Source: a virus. Taken from it: DNA of 64,000 nucleotides. Below are positions 43,529 to 51,898 of this stretch, piece after piece. The notes beneath the pieces were generated by a model that had not been told where the DNA came from, ran no database searches, and worked only from the letters and a program-made list of their open reading frames with translations. How positions within the stretch are numbered: position 1 is the first letter of the stretch; each line of letters opens with the position of its first letter. Made by a program: the position numbers and the translations under genes. The stretch is taken from IMG/VR virus record IMGVR_UViG_3300029286_000020, positions 1 to 64,000 of that record. One strand, written 5' to 3'.

Positions 43529-45325
43529 TCAGCGCGCGCCTCGGGCGTTGAGATCTCGGAGCAGACCGCCAATTTCACGCAAGCGCAACTCCAAGCCTCG
43601 ATCGGACTTCAGGATGGTGTCGAGCTTGGCGTCCATGCGTTTTGTGTCCTTCGGGTTGTAGCCCTCGGTCAACTCTCGGTCGGAGAAGCCGCTGTGCGTT
43701 GGGATCCCGCGACGACGGGCTGCGTCACGCGAGCTTGAGAGAGCCTTCACCACCCGGTTCGGCTGGCGAGCCTCTGCTGGGGGACCATACGGGCCCTCTT
43801 CGGGGGGCGCTTCGCCCGGAGGAGCTTCCATCGGTGGAGGCGGGGGCATGATGATGTTCTGTGCAGCGGCTTGATTTTCAGCGTCCTCGGCAGACTCCCC
43901 ACTGCGCTGCTTCTTGATGGTGACGATCTCGTCTTCAGACAAACCGAAGACGTTCGAGAGAATCCACTGCAGCGAGACGAAGTCCCGCATGCGTGCCGCG
44001 AGGTCCGCTTTGGCCGTGCGAACTTCCATCTGAGCCAGCTCGAAAATGGCCGACGGCACCGTCATGTTGATGTCGTAGTCGACAGCGTAGGGGTCGAGGC
44101 CCAGCGCTGACAGATGGACGCGGGCGACCTTCCGGAGCCCGTTCTTCAGCTCCCGCTGGATGCGGAGGACGGTACGAGCAAAGCGGACATCCTCGCTGGA
44201 CAGAACCGCCCGGGCCACACCGGATTCCTGCCCAAGGTACGCCTTCGGCACCTTGATGGCTGAAAACAGCTTGTCGCGGAAGTATTCGATGTCGTCCATC
44301 GCCTGCCACTGCGGGGCACCGAGAGTCTCGATGCGAGTGGAGTCCACGCCCTTCCGGGTAGGAACGAAGAAGTCCTCGTCCTGCGACAGCGCGTCGAACT
44401 TCAGGTTCAGTTTTCCAGTGCCCGGGTCAACAAACCGCTTCTTCCGGAAGTTCTGGCGGACACGATTCACGAAGGCGAGGGCTTCCTGCGGGGGCAGATC
44501 GCCGACATCGACGTAGAACGCAAAGCGCTCCGGGGCCCGCTGGAGGCGGTACACGAGGGCTGCGTCCTCCAGCAGCATGAGCCGCTTCCAGATCCAACGA
44601 GCAGCCTCCAAGGCGCTGTGGCCGTAGACCGAACGGCGCTCCTTCCCGCGCAAGCGAAAGTGGACCACCTCCCAGCTCTCAAACGCCGCCACCGGCTGAT
44701 TCATCGGGTCCGAGCTTGTTGCCAAGTCGAACTTCGCAGACAGGGTTCGCTGGAAGTCGTTGTTGGTGAAGTCGAAGCGCCCCTTGAAGTCCTGCATGAA
44801 GCCGATCAGGTCACCCTTCGGGGTTTCAAGGCGGCGGACCGTCGGAGGAGGCAGATAGTTGATGCCTCTGACGCCGTCAGCGTTGACCAGAAGCTCCTCG
44901 TAGTCGTTCCCGTACTTGCACAAGGTTCGTGCAATTTCCCAGATCTCTTCGTCCATGCGAAGCGTTCGATTGAACAAGTCATCGAGGTTGCTTTGCAGAG
45001 TCTTGTCTGGAGAGGTGATCCAGATGGTTCGGTGGAGAACGGAGTCTGGCTGAGTCGCGTCGTCCGCGAGGATGTCGAGGGCAGTGGCGATCTCCCCGTA
45101 GTCGTCCATCTCCTCGTAGTCAGCGAACCGGAGGAGGAGGTCCGTGTCAAGGCGCAGGTAGTCCGTGAGGGCGTCGTAACCCACACCCGACATCAGGTCG
45201 ATGGCTGTGGCGTCGCCACCGCCCAATTCGCCCGTCGCACCCTTGGCAAGCTGGATGTTCGCTTGGTCCTTGTCGCGGCTGAACGCAGCTGAAATTCGCT
45301 TGGCGACGTCGTCCGCGAATCCCAT
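43529..45325 (-). CDS. portal protein (T4 gp20-like)
   Basis: YEEMDDYGEIATALDI, YGHSALE, LLEDAALVYRLQRAPERFAFYVDVGDLP, EDFFVP, IETL.G, KVPKAYL. Confidence 0.96.
   Translation of the reverse strand: MGFADDVAKRISAAFSRDKDQANIQLAKGATGELGGGDATAIDLMSGVGYDALTDYLRLDTDLLLRFADYEEMDDYGEIATALDILADDATQPDSVLHRTIWITSPDKTLQSNLDDLFNRTLRMDEEIWEIARTLCKYGNDYEELLVNADGVRGINYLPPPTVRRLETPKGDLIGFMQDFKGRFDFTNNDFQRTLSAKFDLATSSDPMNQPVAAFESWEVVHFRLRGKERRSVYGHSALEAARWIWKRLMLLEDAALVYRLQRAPERFAFYVDVGDLPPQEALAFVNRVRQNFRKKRFVDPGTGKLNLKFDALSQDEDFFVPTRKGVDSTRIETLGAPQWQAMDDIEYFRDKLFSAIKVPKAYLGQESGVARAVLSSEDVRFARTVLRIQRELKNGLRKVARVHLSALGLDPYAVDYDINMTVPSAIFELAQMEVRTAKADLAARMRDFVSLQWILSNVFGLSEDEIVTIKKQRSGESAEDAENQAAAQNIIMPPPPPMEAPPGEAPPEEGPYGPPAEARQPNRVVKALSSSRDAARRRGIPTHSGFSDRELTEGYNPKDTKRMDAKLDTILKSDRGLELRLREIGGLLRDLNARGAR
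43782..43795 (+). repeat. 14-bp quasi-palindrome, copy 8 (GGACCATACGGGCC), inside portal
   Basis: Read directly; encodes GPYGP. Confidence 0.88.
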
Positions 45326-45675
45326 CAGCCTCTCCCTTTGAGTGTGGCTGCGAACGCACCTGCGAACTCAGCAGGGTTCTCCGCCAACGCTTTCGATACC
45401 TGCTTCGCAACCGAGTCCGCAAGGGAACTCATACGCCAGAAGTCGGCGGGACGCATTCCCTGTTGCTCAAGCATCTCGCAGAACCGCTCTGCAACAACCA
45501 CAGCGACGTCGGTCAGCACGACAGATGGCGGAAAGTCCTCGGCCAGCTTCACAGCAGTCTCGCGCTGCTCCTTGGTTGCGCGCAGGAGGATAAGACCCTC
45601 ATCACCTGCAGGGACCCACTCTTTGACAAGAAGAGTGTCCAATTCACGCCGCAGCTGGTCGACCTTGGTGCTCAT
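45325..45675 (-). CDS. hypothetical protein between TerL and portal
   Basis: ATGA and TGATG coupling on both sides. Confidence 0.6.
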   Translation of the reverse strand: MSTKVDQLRRELDTLLVKEWVPAGDEGLILLRATKEQRETAVKLAEDFPPSVVLTDVAVVVAERFCEMLEQQGMRPADFWRMSSLADSVAKQVSKALAENPAEFAGAFAATLKGRG

Positions 45676-47735
45676 CCGCGACCTCCTGTGCTGCTTCCTC
45701 GGAAGAAAGGCAACGGTTCCCAGCGTTCGGCGCCTGCGCCTGCATGTCCGCCTCCGACCTGTCCTTGGTACTGGTCCGTCATCCAAGAGTCTCCCCCTGT
45801 AGCGGATTGGCGAAGAATCGGAAGCGGGGTCGTGAGTTGCTGCTGCCCCAGCGTCCACAGCACACCGGCGAGGGCGTCCGCGCAGTCCTTGGAGCCTCGG
45901 ACCGGGTGATCGATCTTCCGACGCCGGTAGTCCCGCTGCAGCTGCCGAAGCTCGGTCTGGAGGGTGGCGTGCTCGTACATGAACACCCGGTCCTCGTAGA
46001 ACGCTGTTTTGAGGGCCTCGTAGGGTTCCGTGCTGGTGTCGACTGAGACGATTTTGGCGTTGAAGCCCTTCTGATTGAGCTGCTGCACCAAGTCCGTCGA
46101 CTGGTAGGAGTCCGTCGAGACAGACGTGATGGTGTAGCCGTGTTGTGCCAGCTCGTAGATGAGGCGCCGCACGTCGCCGAGGATGATTTCGTCTCCGGGC
46201 GGCGGAGTCACTCGAAGCATCAGGTCGACCACGAAGACGGGGGCCCGCTCCAGATGCTGCTCACCGTTCGGGCCCCGGCGGACCACATCTCGAAAACTAC
46301 CGATGTGCGCCATGCAGAGGCCCAGCGCGTCGTGTCGCAGCCCGATGTCGATGTGAACGTGGCGCATCGCGTTGGGGTTGATGATGGGTCTCATCATGTC
46401 CGTCTGGCCGCGCATCGAAGGGTCCGGCGTGAGCCGGACGGCCTTCTCCCATACGAATTGACCGCCCTTCGACGGGTCGTACTCCGGCTTTGAGAAGAAG
46501 TGCCGGTCGGCACCGTATGTCTTCTTGTCCTGCTCGACGGCATCCACCAACTTCTCACGTCTTTGTATAAATGGACTGACGCTTACAACGCTGCACCCAG
46601 CTATATCTTTTATACTGCCCTCAAGATCGCGCTCGAAGTCAAGTTTGAAGTCCTCGGGGACACCGATGATGAGCGTTCCATCTGGGAGTGACGGACGGAT
46701 GCGGTCCGCCTCGCCCGGATCGAGAATCTTTGATGGGATCGTCTCATTGCCGACGAGCACATGAAACTTGTCGACGGAGTAGTAGTCCTCGGGCTTGATC
46801 TCCCAGAGCGCGTAGTCGCGGACGAACAGGGTGGGGTCGTCGCGCGCTTCCTTCAGGCGGCGGCTGACGAAGTCTTCGTGGGTCGTCTTCGATGATGCAA
46901 TGAAGAGGATGCCCGGGAGCTTCCCTGCCTTCTCAAAACGAGACTTCATACGTCGCTTGAGCGAGGAGTAGATGAGGTCGGCGTGGTCGACGACGCCTGC
47001 TGCAGCAGAGTACTTCCCGCGCTTCGGCAAGAAGTTACCTTCGTCCATGAAGGCGCTGATGACGTTGAGACCGAGAGCCGAGGTGTCAGTCGTGGCGCGA
47101 GGAGCCACCCACACGTTGTGAGGGAACCGCAACTCCTTCTTCGTCGCAGAGAAGGGGAAGTTCTGCATGAAGTACGGCGACGCCGTGATCTTCGTCTTGA
47201 TGTTCTCGAACACGACCTTGGTCGCCAGTTCCTCATTCACCGAGAAGCAGGCGAGCGTGATGTTCGTGTCCTTGGCGAGGCCGAAAGTCTTGTGAGGGTC
47301 TTTGAGGCATGAGATTTCGTAGAGCACGCGCGCGATACCGATCGTGCAGACGAAGGTTTTTCCGATGCCGATTGCCCCGGTGATGATGCATTCGTTGTAG
47401 CCGCCTGAGAACAGGTCCACGAGGTCGTCGAGGAACTTCGGGTAGAGCGAGTCGCAGGTGTTCCCCAAGAAGTTCGGGTCTTTGATGAAGGTCCGCATGT
47501 CGACTGGCGGCGTCTTGTACTCAGCTGCCGACAGGGCGGCGAGCAGGTTCGGTTGAGCAGGCTGGAACTGCGTCGCTGCTGACCCGGTCGGGGTCGGGAG
47601 GTGGAAGTCCTGCAGGATAATGCGCAGGGCCTCGCGCTCCTCTGGGGTGAGCGTCGACATCTCCTTCTTCAGCGACTCGTCCAACTCCGAAGCTGTGCGG
47701 ACGCTGACAGTTCGGCCTTCACGGGTTACAAGCAT
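45672..47735 (-). CDS. terL: terminase large subunit
   Basis: Walker A GAIGIGKT, Walker B AFMDE, IASS, nuclease HIDIG, DSYQS, DHP..GSKDCADA. Confidence 0.95.
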   Translation of the reverse strand: MLVTREGRTVSVRTASELDESLKKEMSTLTPEEREALRIILQDFHLPTPTGSAATQFQPAQPNLLAALSAAEYKTPPVDMRTFIKDPNFLGNTCDSLYPKFLDDLVDLFSGGYNECIITGAIGIGKTFVCTIGIARVLYEISCLKDPHKTFGLAKDTNITLACFSVNEELATKVVFENIKTKITASPYFMQNFPFSATKKELRFPHNVWVAPRATTDTSALGLNVISAFMDEGNFLPKRGKYSAAAGVVDHADLIYSSLKRRMKSRFEKAGKLPGILFIASSKTTHEDFVSRRLKEARDDPTLFVRDYALWEIKPEDYYSVDKFHVLVGNETIPSKILDPGEADRIRPSLPDGTLIIGVPEDFKLDFERDLEGSIKDIAGCSVVSVSPFIQRREKLVDAVEQDKKTYGADRHFFSKPEYDPSKGGQFVWEKAVRLTPDPSMRGQTDMMRPIINPNAMRHVHIDIGLRHDALGLCMAHIGSFRDVVRRGPNGEQHLERAPVFVVDLMLRVTPPPGDEIILGDVRRLIYELAQHGYTITSVSTDSYQSTDLVQQLNQKGFNAKIVSVDTSTEPYEALKTAFYEDRVFMYEHATLQTELRQLQRDYRRRKIDHPVRGSKDCADALAGVLWTLGQQQLTTPLPILRQSATGGDSWMTDQYQGQVGGGHAGAGAERWEPLPFFRGSSTGGRG

Positions 47736-47738
47736 CTT

Positions 47739-48497
47739 TCAGTCCTTCGACGTGTCGTTCATGTCGATGAGGTCACCGGAAGGATCATTGGACAGTTCGT
47801 CCATCTCCCCCGCGAATTCAGGGTTGCGATCGGACCGCTCCGCGATGGAAAGCAGCCGCTCGGCGATGGCGAGCACTTTGCGTCGAGACTCAGAACTGTC
47901 GAGCACCTTGACCACTCCGGGGTTGTCGGCGTAGCGGGTTGCGACGTCAGCCATGAGAGTCGCAGCGACACTCACAGTCCCAAGTTTTCGGTCGTTGATG
48001 CCGAGGTCCATCTTCAGTTGGGCCGCAGAGGCAAGGATCTCACGAGCGGTTCGGATTTCCTGTGTCATCGACGGCAGCAGCTTCTTGATGTTCTGCTCGG
48101 TCTTGAAGTCGATGGCGACCCGGTCCATCTGGATCTTGTAGAGACGGTGCATCTCCTCCAGTTCGTTGAGCCCGGCCTTCACCTCTGCAACCGACTTCTC
48201 AAACACGACGTTCAGAGGCCCCGCGCGCTGGGTCGCCGGGATGGACATCCGGTACTCCGTGAGGAGGTTGACCAGCGAAGCCGGGGTCATGTTGGTCATC
48301 TCGTTGCGTTCGTCCTGCACCCACGCAGCCACAATCCGTCCCGAAACACCCTCTTCCACCAGCTTCTTGTGCAGTTCCTTGAAGCACTTGAGGTTCCGCA
48401 ACGACGCGAAGTTCGTCGATCGGCTCACGGGGCGGATTCGACCGCCCTTCTTCGGCAGAGCGCTCTTCGGCGCCGCGTCCTTCTTGGGTTCGCTCAT
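47739..48497 (-). CDS. probable terminase small subunit
   Basis: Helical protein directly upstream of TerL; called on position. Confidence 0.5.
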   Translation of the reverse strand: MSEPKKDAAPKSALPKKGGRIRPVSRSTNFASLRNLKCFKELHKKLVEEGVSGRIVAAWVQDERNEMTNMTPASLVNLLTEYRMSIPATQRAGPLNVVFEKSVAEVKAGLNELEEMHRLYKIQMDRVAIDFKTEQNIKKLLPSMTQEIRTAREILASAAQLKMDLGINDRKLGTVSVAATLMADVATRYADNPGVVKVLDSSESRRKVLAIAERLLSIAERSDRNPEFAGEMDELSNDPSGDLIDMNDTSKD

Positions 48498-48499
48498 GC

Positions 48500-48530
48500 A
48501 AGTACCCTAACAGGATGGAAGGGCTGTCAA
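48500..48530 (-). promoter_or_regulatory. promoter-like TTGACA-N15-TAGGGT (with TG extension)
   Basis: Intergenic before TerS candidate; spacer short but shares CCCTTCC.TCC with the 43443 promoter. Confidence 0.4.
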
Positions 48531-48547
48531 CAACGGGGGAACTGGTT

Positions 48548-50386
48548 TCATTTGCTTCCCCAACTTTGGCCCCCGCCGACTTCCGCGCGCGTCGGGACGG
48601 ACGGAAGCATTGGAGCGATGCCTTCGATCATGCCGTCGTGCAGCTCCTGCCGAACGTGAATTTCCAGTTCAGGATCCTCGTCGTGTTCGCAGACGATCTC
48701 GTCGTGGACCATATGGACCGGCGCGCACTTCGCCCCCTTACCGAGAAGGGGCGTTCGCCCTGCAAGCTTCTTCATACGGTCGTAGACGTTGCGGATGGCA
48801 ACCTTGAGGCCGTCGGCCCCAGTGCCTTGGATGGGGCTGTTGTAGAACTCGTTGTGTGCCTTCTCATCCTTGATGATGCGTCGACGACCCCAAGCCGTCC
48901 GGGTCTCGCGCTGACGCTTGCCTGAGTCCATCGCCAACCGATGCCACGAGTCGATCCCCGCGTATGCCTCGAAGAAGCGTCGGCGGAACGTGCGGGCTTG
49001 GTTCTCCGTGAACGACACCCCGTAGCCCTGCTTCGCGTACATCACAAGGCGAGCGGCCTGCATCCCGTAGATGAAGCCGAAGTTGACCGGCTTGGCTTGC
49101 TGGCGTTCGGCCTTCACGATCTCCGACTCAGGCTTGCCGGTCACGAGGGACGCCGTCGCGTAGTGAGCATCGCGGTCGTCTCGGAACACCTTGATGAGCA
49201 CCGGATCCTTGGAGATCTCGGCAACAATCCGCATCTCGATGTTGCTCCAATCGCAGATGGCCAAGGTTCTACCGGGCTCGGCCCTGAAGCAGTCTCGAAA
49301 GGCACCCCCACGAGGTACTTGCTGGAGGTTCGGTCCTCGATTCGCGTAGCGCCCCGTGTCTGTGAAAGGGAAGTACGACGAGTGGATGCGACCCGACGTC
49401 GGGTGGATATTCTTCAGGTACTCCTCGCCGAACGCCTTCACCGACTGCGCATAACCTCGGTACTCGATGAACTCTTTGAGGATTGGCCAGCGGTCAGCCT
49501 CCATAGCCAGCGTCATCTCCTTCGTGTCCATCAAAGGGACTGTCTTCGTCAGCCCGGTCTCCGGGTCTTTCCACTTCTGCTTCACTCCCAGCATGTGGAA
49601 GGACCGAAGGATCTGGTCGGTAGAGTCGAGGTTGAAGCTGGCAGGACCGAAGAGGCCCAACTGGTTCGATGGGTTCGGGAGCTTGGAAAGCAAGCTTGCC
49701 CGCAGCCGCTCCAGCTGAACCCGGTCCGATGCTGTCCGCGTGAGCCACATATCTTTGTTGAGGAAGAACCCGTTCAGCTCCATGCACGCTTCGGGGAGAA
49801 CCGCATTGAACTCCAGCTGTGCAATCTTCACCAGCCGCGCATCGACGATCTTTTTCTTGAGGACGTCGCGGAGCCGGGGAAGCTTGTCGATGTCGTCTGC
49901 GGCGTAGTCAAGCTGTCGCTGTGTCAGCGTCCCGTCCCAATCGGAACCGCCGAGGTCTTCGACGGTCGCGGCTTCGCCCAGCTCGCGCTTGTAGAGGCTC
50001 CACAGGTCGTGCTTCAGCCCGGGGAGGCCCGCGTAGATGATGCTCGACGCGCGCAGGGTGTCGAACAGCTTCCCGATCTCCAGATCGAAGTGCCAGAGCA
50101 GCCACTTCTGGTCGAACTTCATGTTCTGACCGACCGTGACGCCCTTGGTCCGCCTGAAGGCATCCAAAACGGGGCCGAGCGTCTTCGTCTTGTAGAGGTC
50201 AATAAGGTAGAGACCCTGTCCGGTGTTGACCGAGAACAGGCGTGGACGCCCTGTCAGGGGGTCGAAGCTACCCCCACCGCCGATCTTTGCGGTTTCCAGA
50301 TCGAGCCCGATGACATCGGCACTCTCAATTTCACGAGCAATAGCGGCGAGCAAATGCTCATCAGTGACGACGGTGTACGGGCGCAA
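48548..50386 (-). CDS. polA: family A DNA polymerase (3'-5' exonuclease + polymerase, no 5'-3' exonuclease)
   Basis: ExoI DLE, ExoII NMKFD, ExoIII YAADD; motifs A DWSNIEMR, B RQQAKPVNFGFIYG, C HDE; TTG start with GGAG SD. Confidence 0.96.
   Translation of the reverse strand: MRPYTVVTDEHLLAAIAREIESADVIGLDLETAKIGGGGSFDPLTGRPRLFSVNTGQGLYLIDLYKTKTLGPVLDAFRRTKGVTVGQNMKFDQKWLLWHFDLEIGKLFDTLRASSIIYAGLPGLKHDLWSLYKRELGEAATVEDLGGSDWDGTLTQRQLDYAADDIDKLPRLRDVLKKKIVDARLVKIAQLEFNAVLPEACMELNGFFLNKDMWLTRTASDRVQLERLRASLLSKLPNPSNQLGLFGPASFNLDSTDQILRSFHMLGVKQKWKDPETGLTKTVPLMDTKEMTLAMEADRWPILKEFIEYRGYAQSVKAFGEEYLKNIHPTSGRIHSSYFPFTDTGRYANRGPNLQQVPRGGAFRDCFRAEPGRTLAICDWSNIEMRIVAEISKDPVLIKVFRDDRDAHYATASLVTGKPESEIVKAERQQAKPVNFGFIYGMQAARLVMYAKQGYGVSFTENQARTFRRRFFEAYAGIDSWHRLAMDSGKRQRETRTAWGRRRIIKDEKAHNEFYNSPIQGTGADGLKVAIRNVYDRMKKLAGRTPLLGKGAKCAPVHMVHDEIVCEHDEDPELEIHVRQELHDGMIEGIAPMLPSVPTRAEVGGGQSWGSK
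48706..48719 (+). repeat. 14-bp quasi-palindrome, copy 9 (GGACCATATGGACC), inside polymerase motif C
   Basis: Read directly; encodes VHMV of PVHMVHDE. Confidence 0.88.
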
Positions 50387-50443
50387 GTTGTTCTCCCATG
50401 AAAGGGCACTGCGCGCTTCGTAACACAGATCTTCGACGGACCG

Positions 50444-51898
50444 TTAGCCCTGCTTTGACTCAGGGACAGCATCGATGCCCGGGTCTTCAGTTCCTTCACC
50501 CGGCTTGAACGTCGGAGCCGTCTTTGCCAGCTGTTCAGCCTCCCACTTGGTCGCTGCAGCGTAGAGTGCGAGCAGAGCCTCGGCGGTCATCGGCTTCTTC
50601 ATCGACTCCTCCATCCAGTTCGGGTTGCCGACCGTGTCGTTCCCCGCCTGAGCAAACATCTGCTTCGGAGCAGTCGGATCCGTCACGTTAACAACAATCG
50701 CCGATGAGGCTTCAGGGGCCAGTTCAGCGAACGACGCAGGCAGCTTGATGCGGGCGGCTGGGAAGATTTCCGGTTTCACGAAGCGTCCGAAGCGCACCCC
50801 TCGGTCTTCGGCCCTGATCCGGACCGCATCCAAGCCTGTCATATCGTCGGTGTCGCGAACATGGGCGAGGACGAGTTTGACGTCGTAGCCCTTCGATCGA
50901 GCCTCCTTGATGACACCCTTGTAGTAGGCCGTCGATGTGCCCACCCCGTCGAGCAGGAAGGGGTAGTACTCCCCGGGGCTATCAGGGTCTTCCGACATCG
51001 CGAGGTCAATGGCAGTGTCGTTGAGGTTCGATACCTCGCTGTGCGTGATGATGGCACCGTTGCGGGCCTTCGTCGCCACCGCCGCTTGGTATTCCGGCAG
51101 CTTGGTGCGGTGCGCGTCCGCGTCGAGCACAGCCAGTTCGTCGGGGTTCTCCGCGAGGTAGCGCGCCAGCGTGCTCTTCCCGCTGGCTGGCATGCCCATC
51201 GTGATGACCGCTACAGGATTCCGCACGCGCTTCTTCCCTCGGAAGACGTCGTCCAGAATCGTTTTGTGCAGACGTTGGCGCTCTGAGGTCAGGACTCCGT
51301 CAGGCGTAGTGTGCGCCTTGAGCGTGTCCGTTGGCAGGTCTGGGTTGGCGTCGGTCCACTCCATCCCCGCACCGAGATGTAGCCACGATCCGTTCGGCTG
51401 TTTCTTGAACCAAGAGTCGCGCGACGCCCAGAAGTGAACCGTACCGACCGGAGCTTCCTCCCCTCGGGCCTCGTCGAAGTCGAACACGACGGGGGTGACA
51501 CTCTCGTTCTGGGCGCTTGGAGGCCCGTACTCCTGCGCGTAGGTCTCTGGCACCTCTGCGGCGTGCAACACAAGGTAGACGTCGCCCTGAGTTTTCAAAG
51601 AGGCCAGAGTCGCGTCGGAGAGACCGAACCGATCAGGGTGCTGTCGAACCATGTCCACGGTGACTGGGGTGAATGTGAGCTGGTTTCCGTCGGCACTGAT
51701 CGCCGTAACCACGCCGTCAGGATGCTTCTTCAGGTCCCGCATTGGGATGTCGAAGTCAGTCTTCGGTGCTTCGTCAGATTGCCAGAAGTGCCAGACACTG
51801 AGCCCAGCCTCGGTTCCCCGGTCGGAGGCCCCGCTCAAAACAAGCCGATCCAACCAGTCGCCAGACGTCAGCCAATAGGACGTGAAGTAGTCGAACAT
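50444..51898 (-). CDS. zeta-toxin-like P-loop kinase with N-terminal extension
   Basis: TSERQRLH, GMPASGKST, DADAHR..LPEY, HSEVS, LLDG, R...RG...GRFV. Confidence 0.85.
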   Translation of the reverse strand: MFDYFTSYWLTSGDWLDRLVLSGASDRGTEAGLSVWHFWQSDEAPKTDFDIPMRDLKKHPDGVVTAISADGNQLTFTPVTVDMVRQHPDRFGLSDATLASLKTQGDVYLVLHAAEVPETYAQEYGPPSAQNESVTPVVFDFDEARGEEAPVGTVHFWASRDSWFKKQPNGSWLHLGAGMEWTDANPDLPTDTLKAHTTPDGVLTSERQRLHKTILDDVFRGKKRVRNPVAVITMGMPASGKSTLARYLAENPDELAVLDADAHRTKLPEYQAAVATKARNGAIITHSEVSNLNDTAIDLAMSEDPDSPGEYYPFLLDGVGTSTAYYKGVIKEARSKGYDVKLVLAHVRDTDDMTGLDAVRIRAEDRGVRFGRFVKPEIFPAARIKLPASFAELAPEASSAIVVNVTDPTAPKQMFAQAGNDTVGNPNWMEESMKKPMTAEALLALYAAATKWEAEQLAKTAPTFKPGEGTEDPGIDAVPESKQG

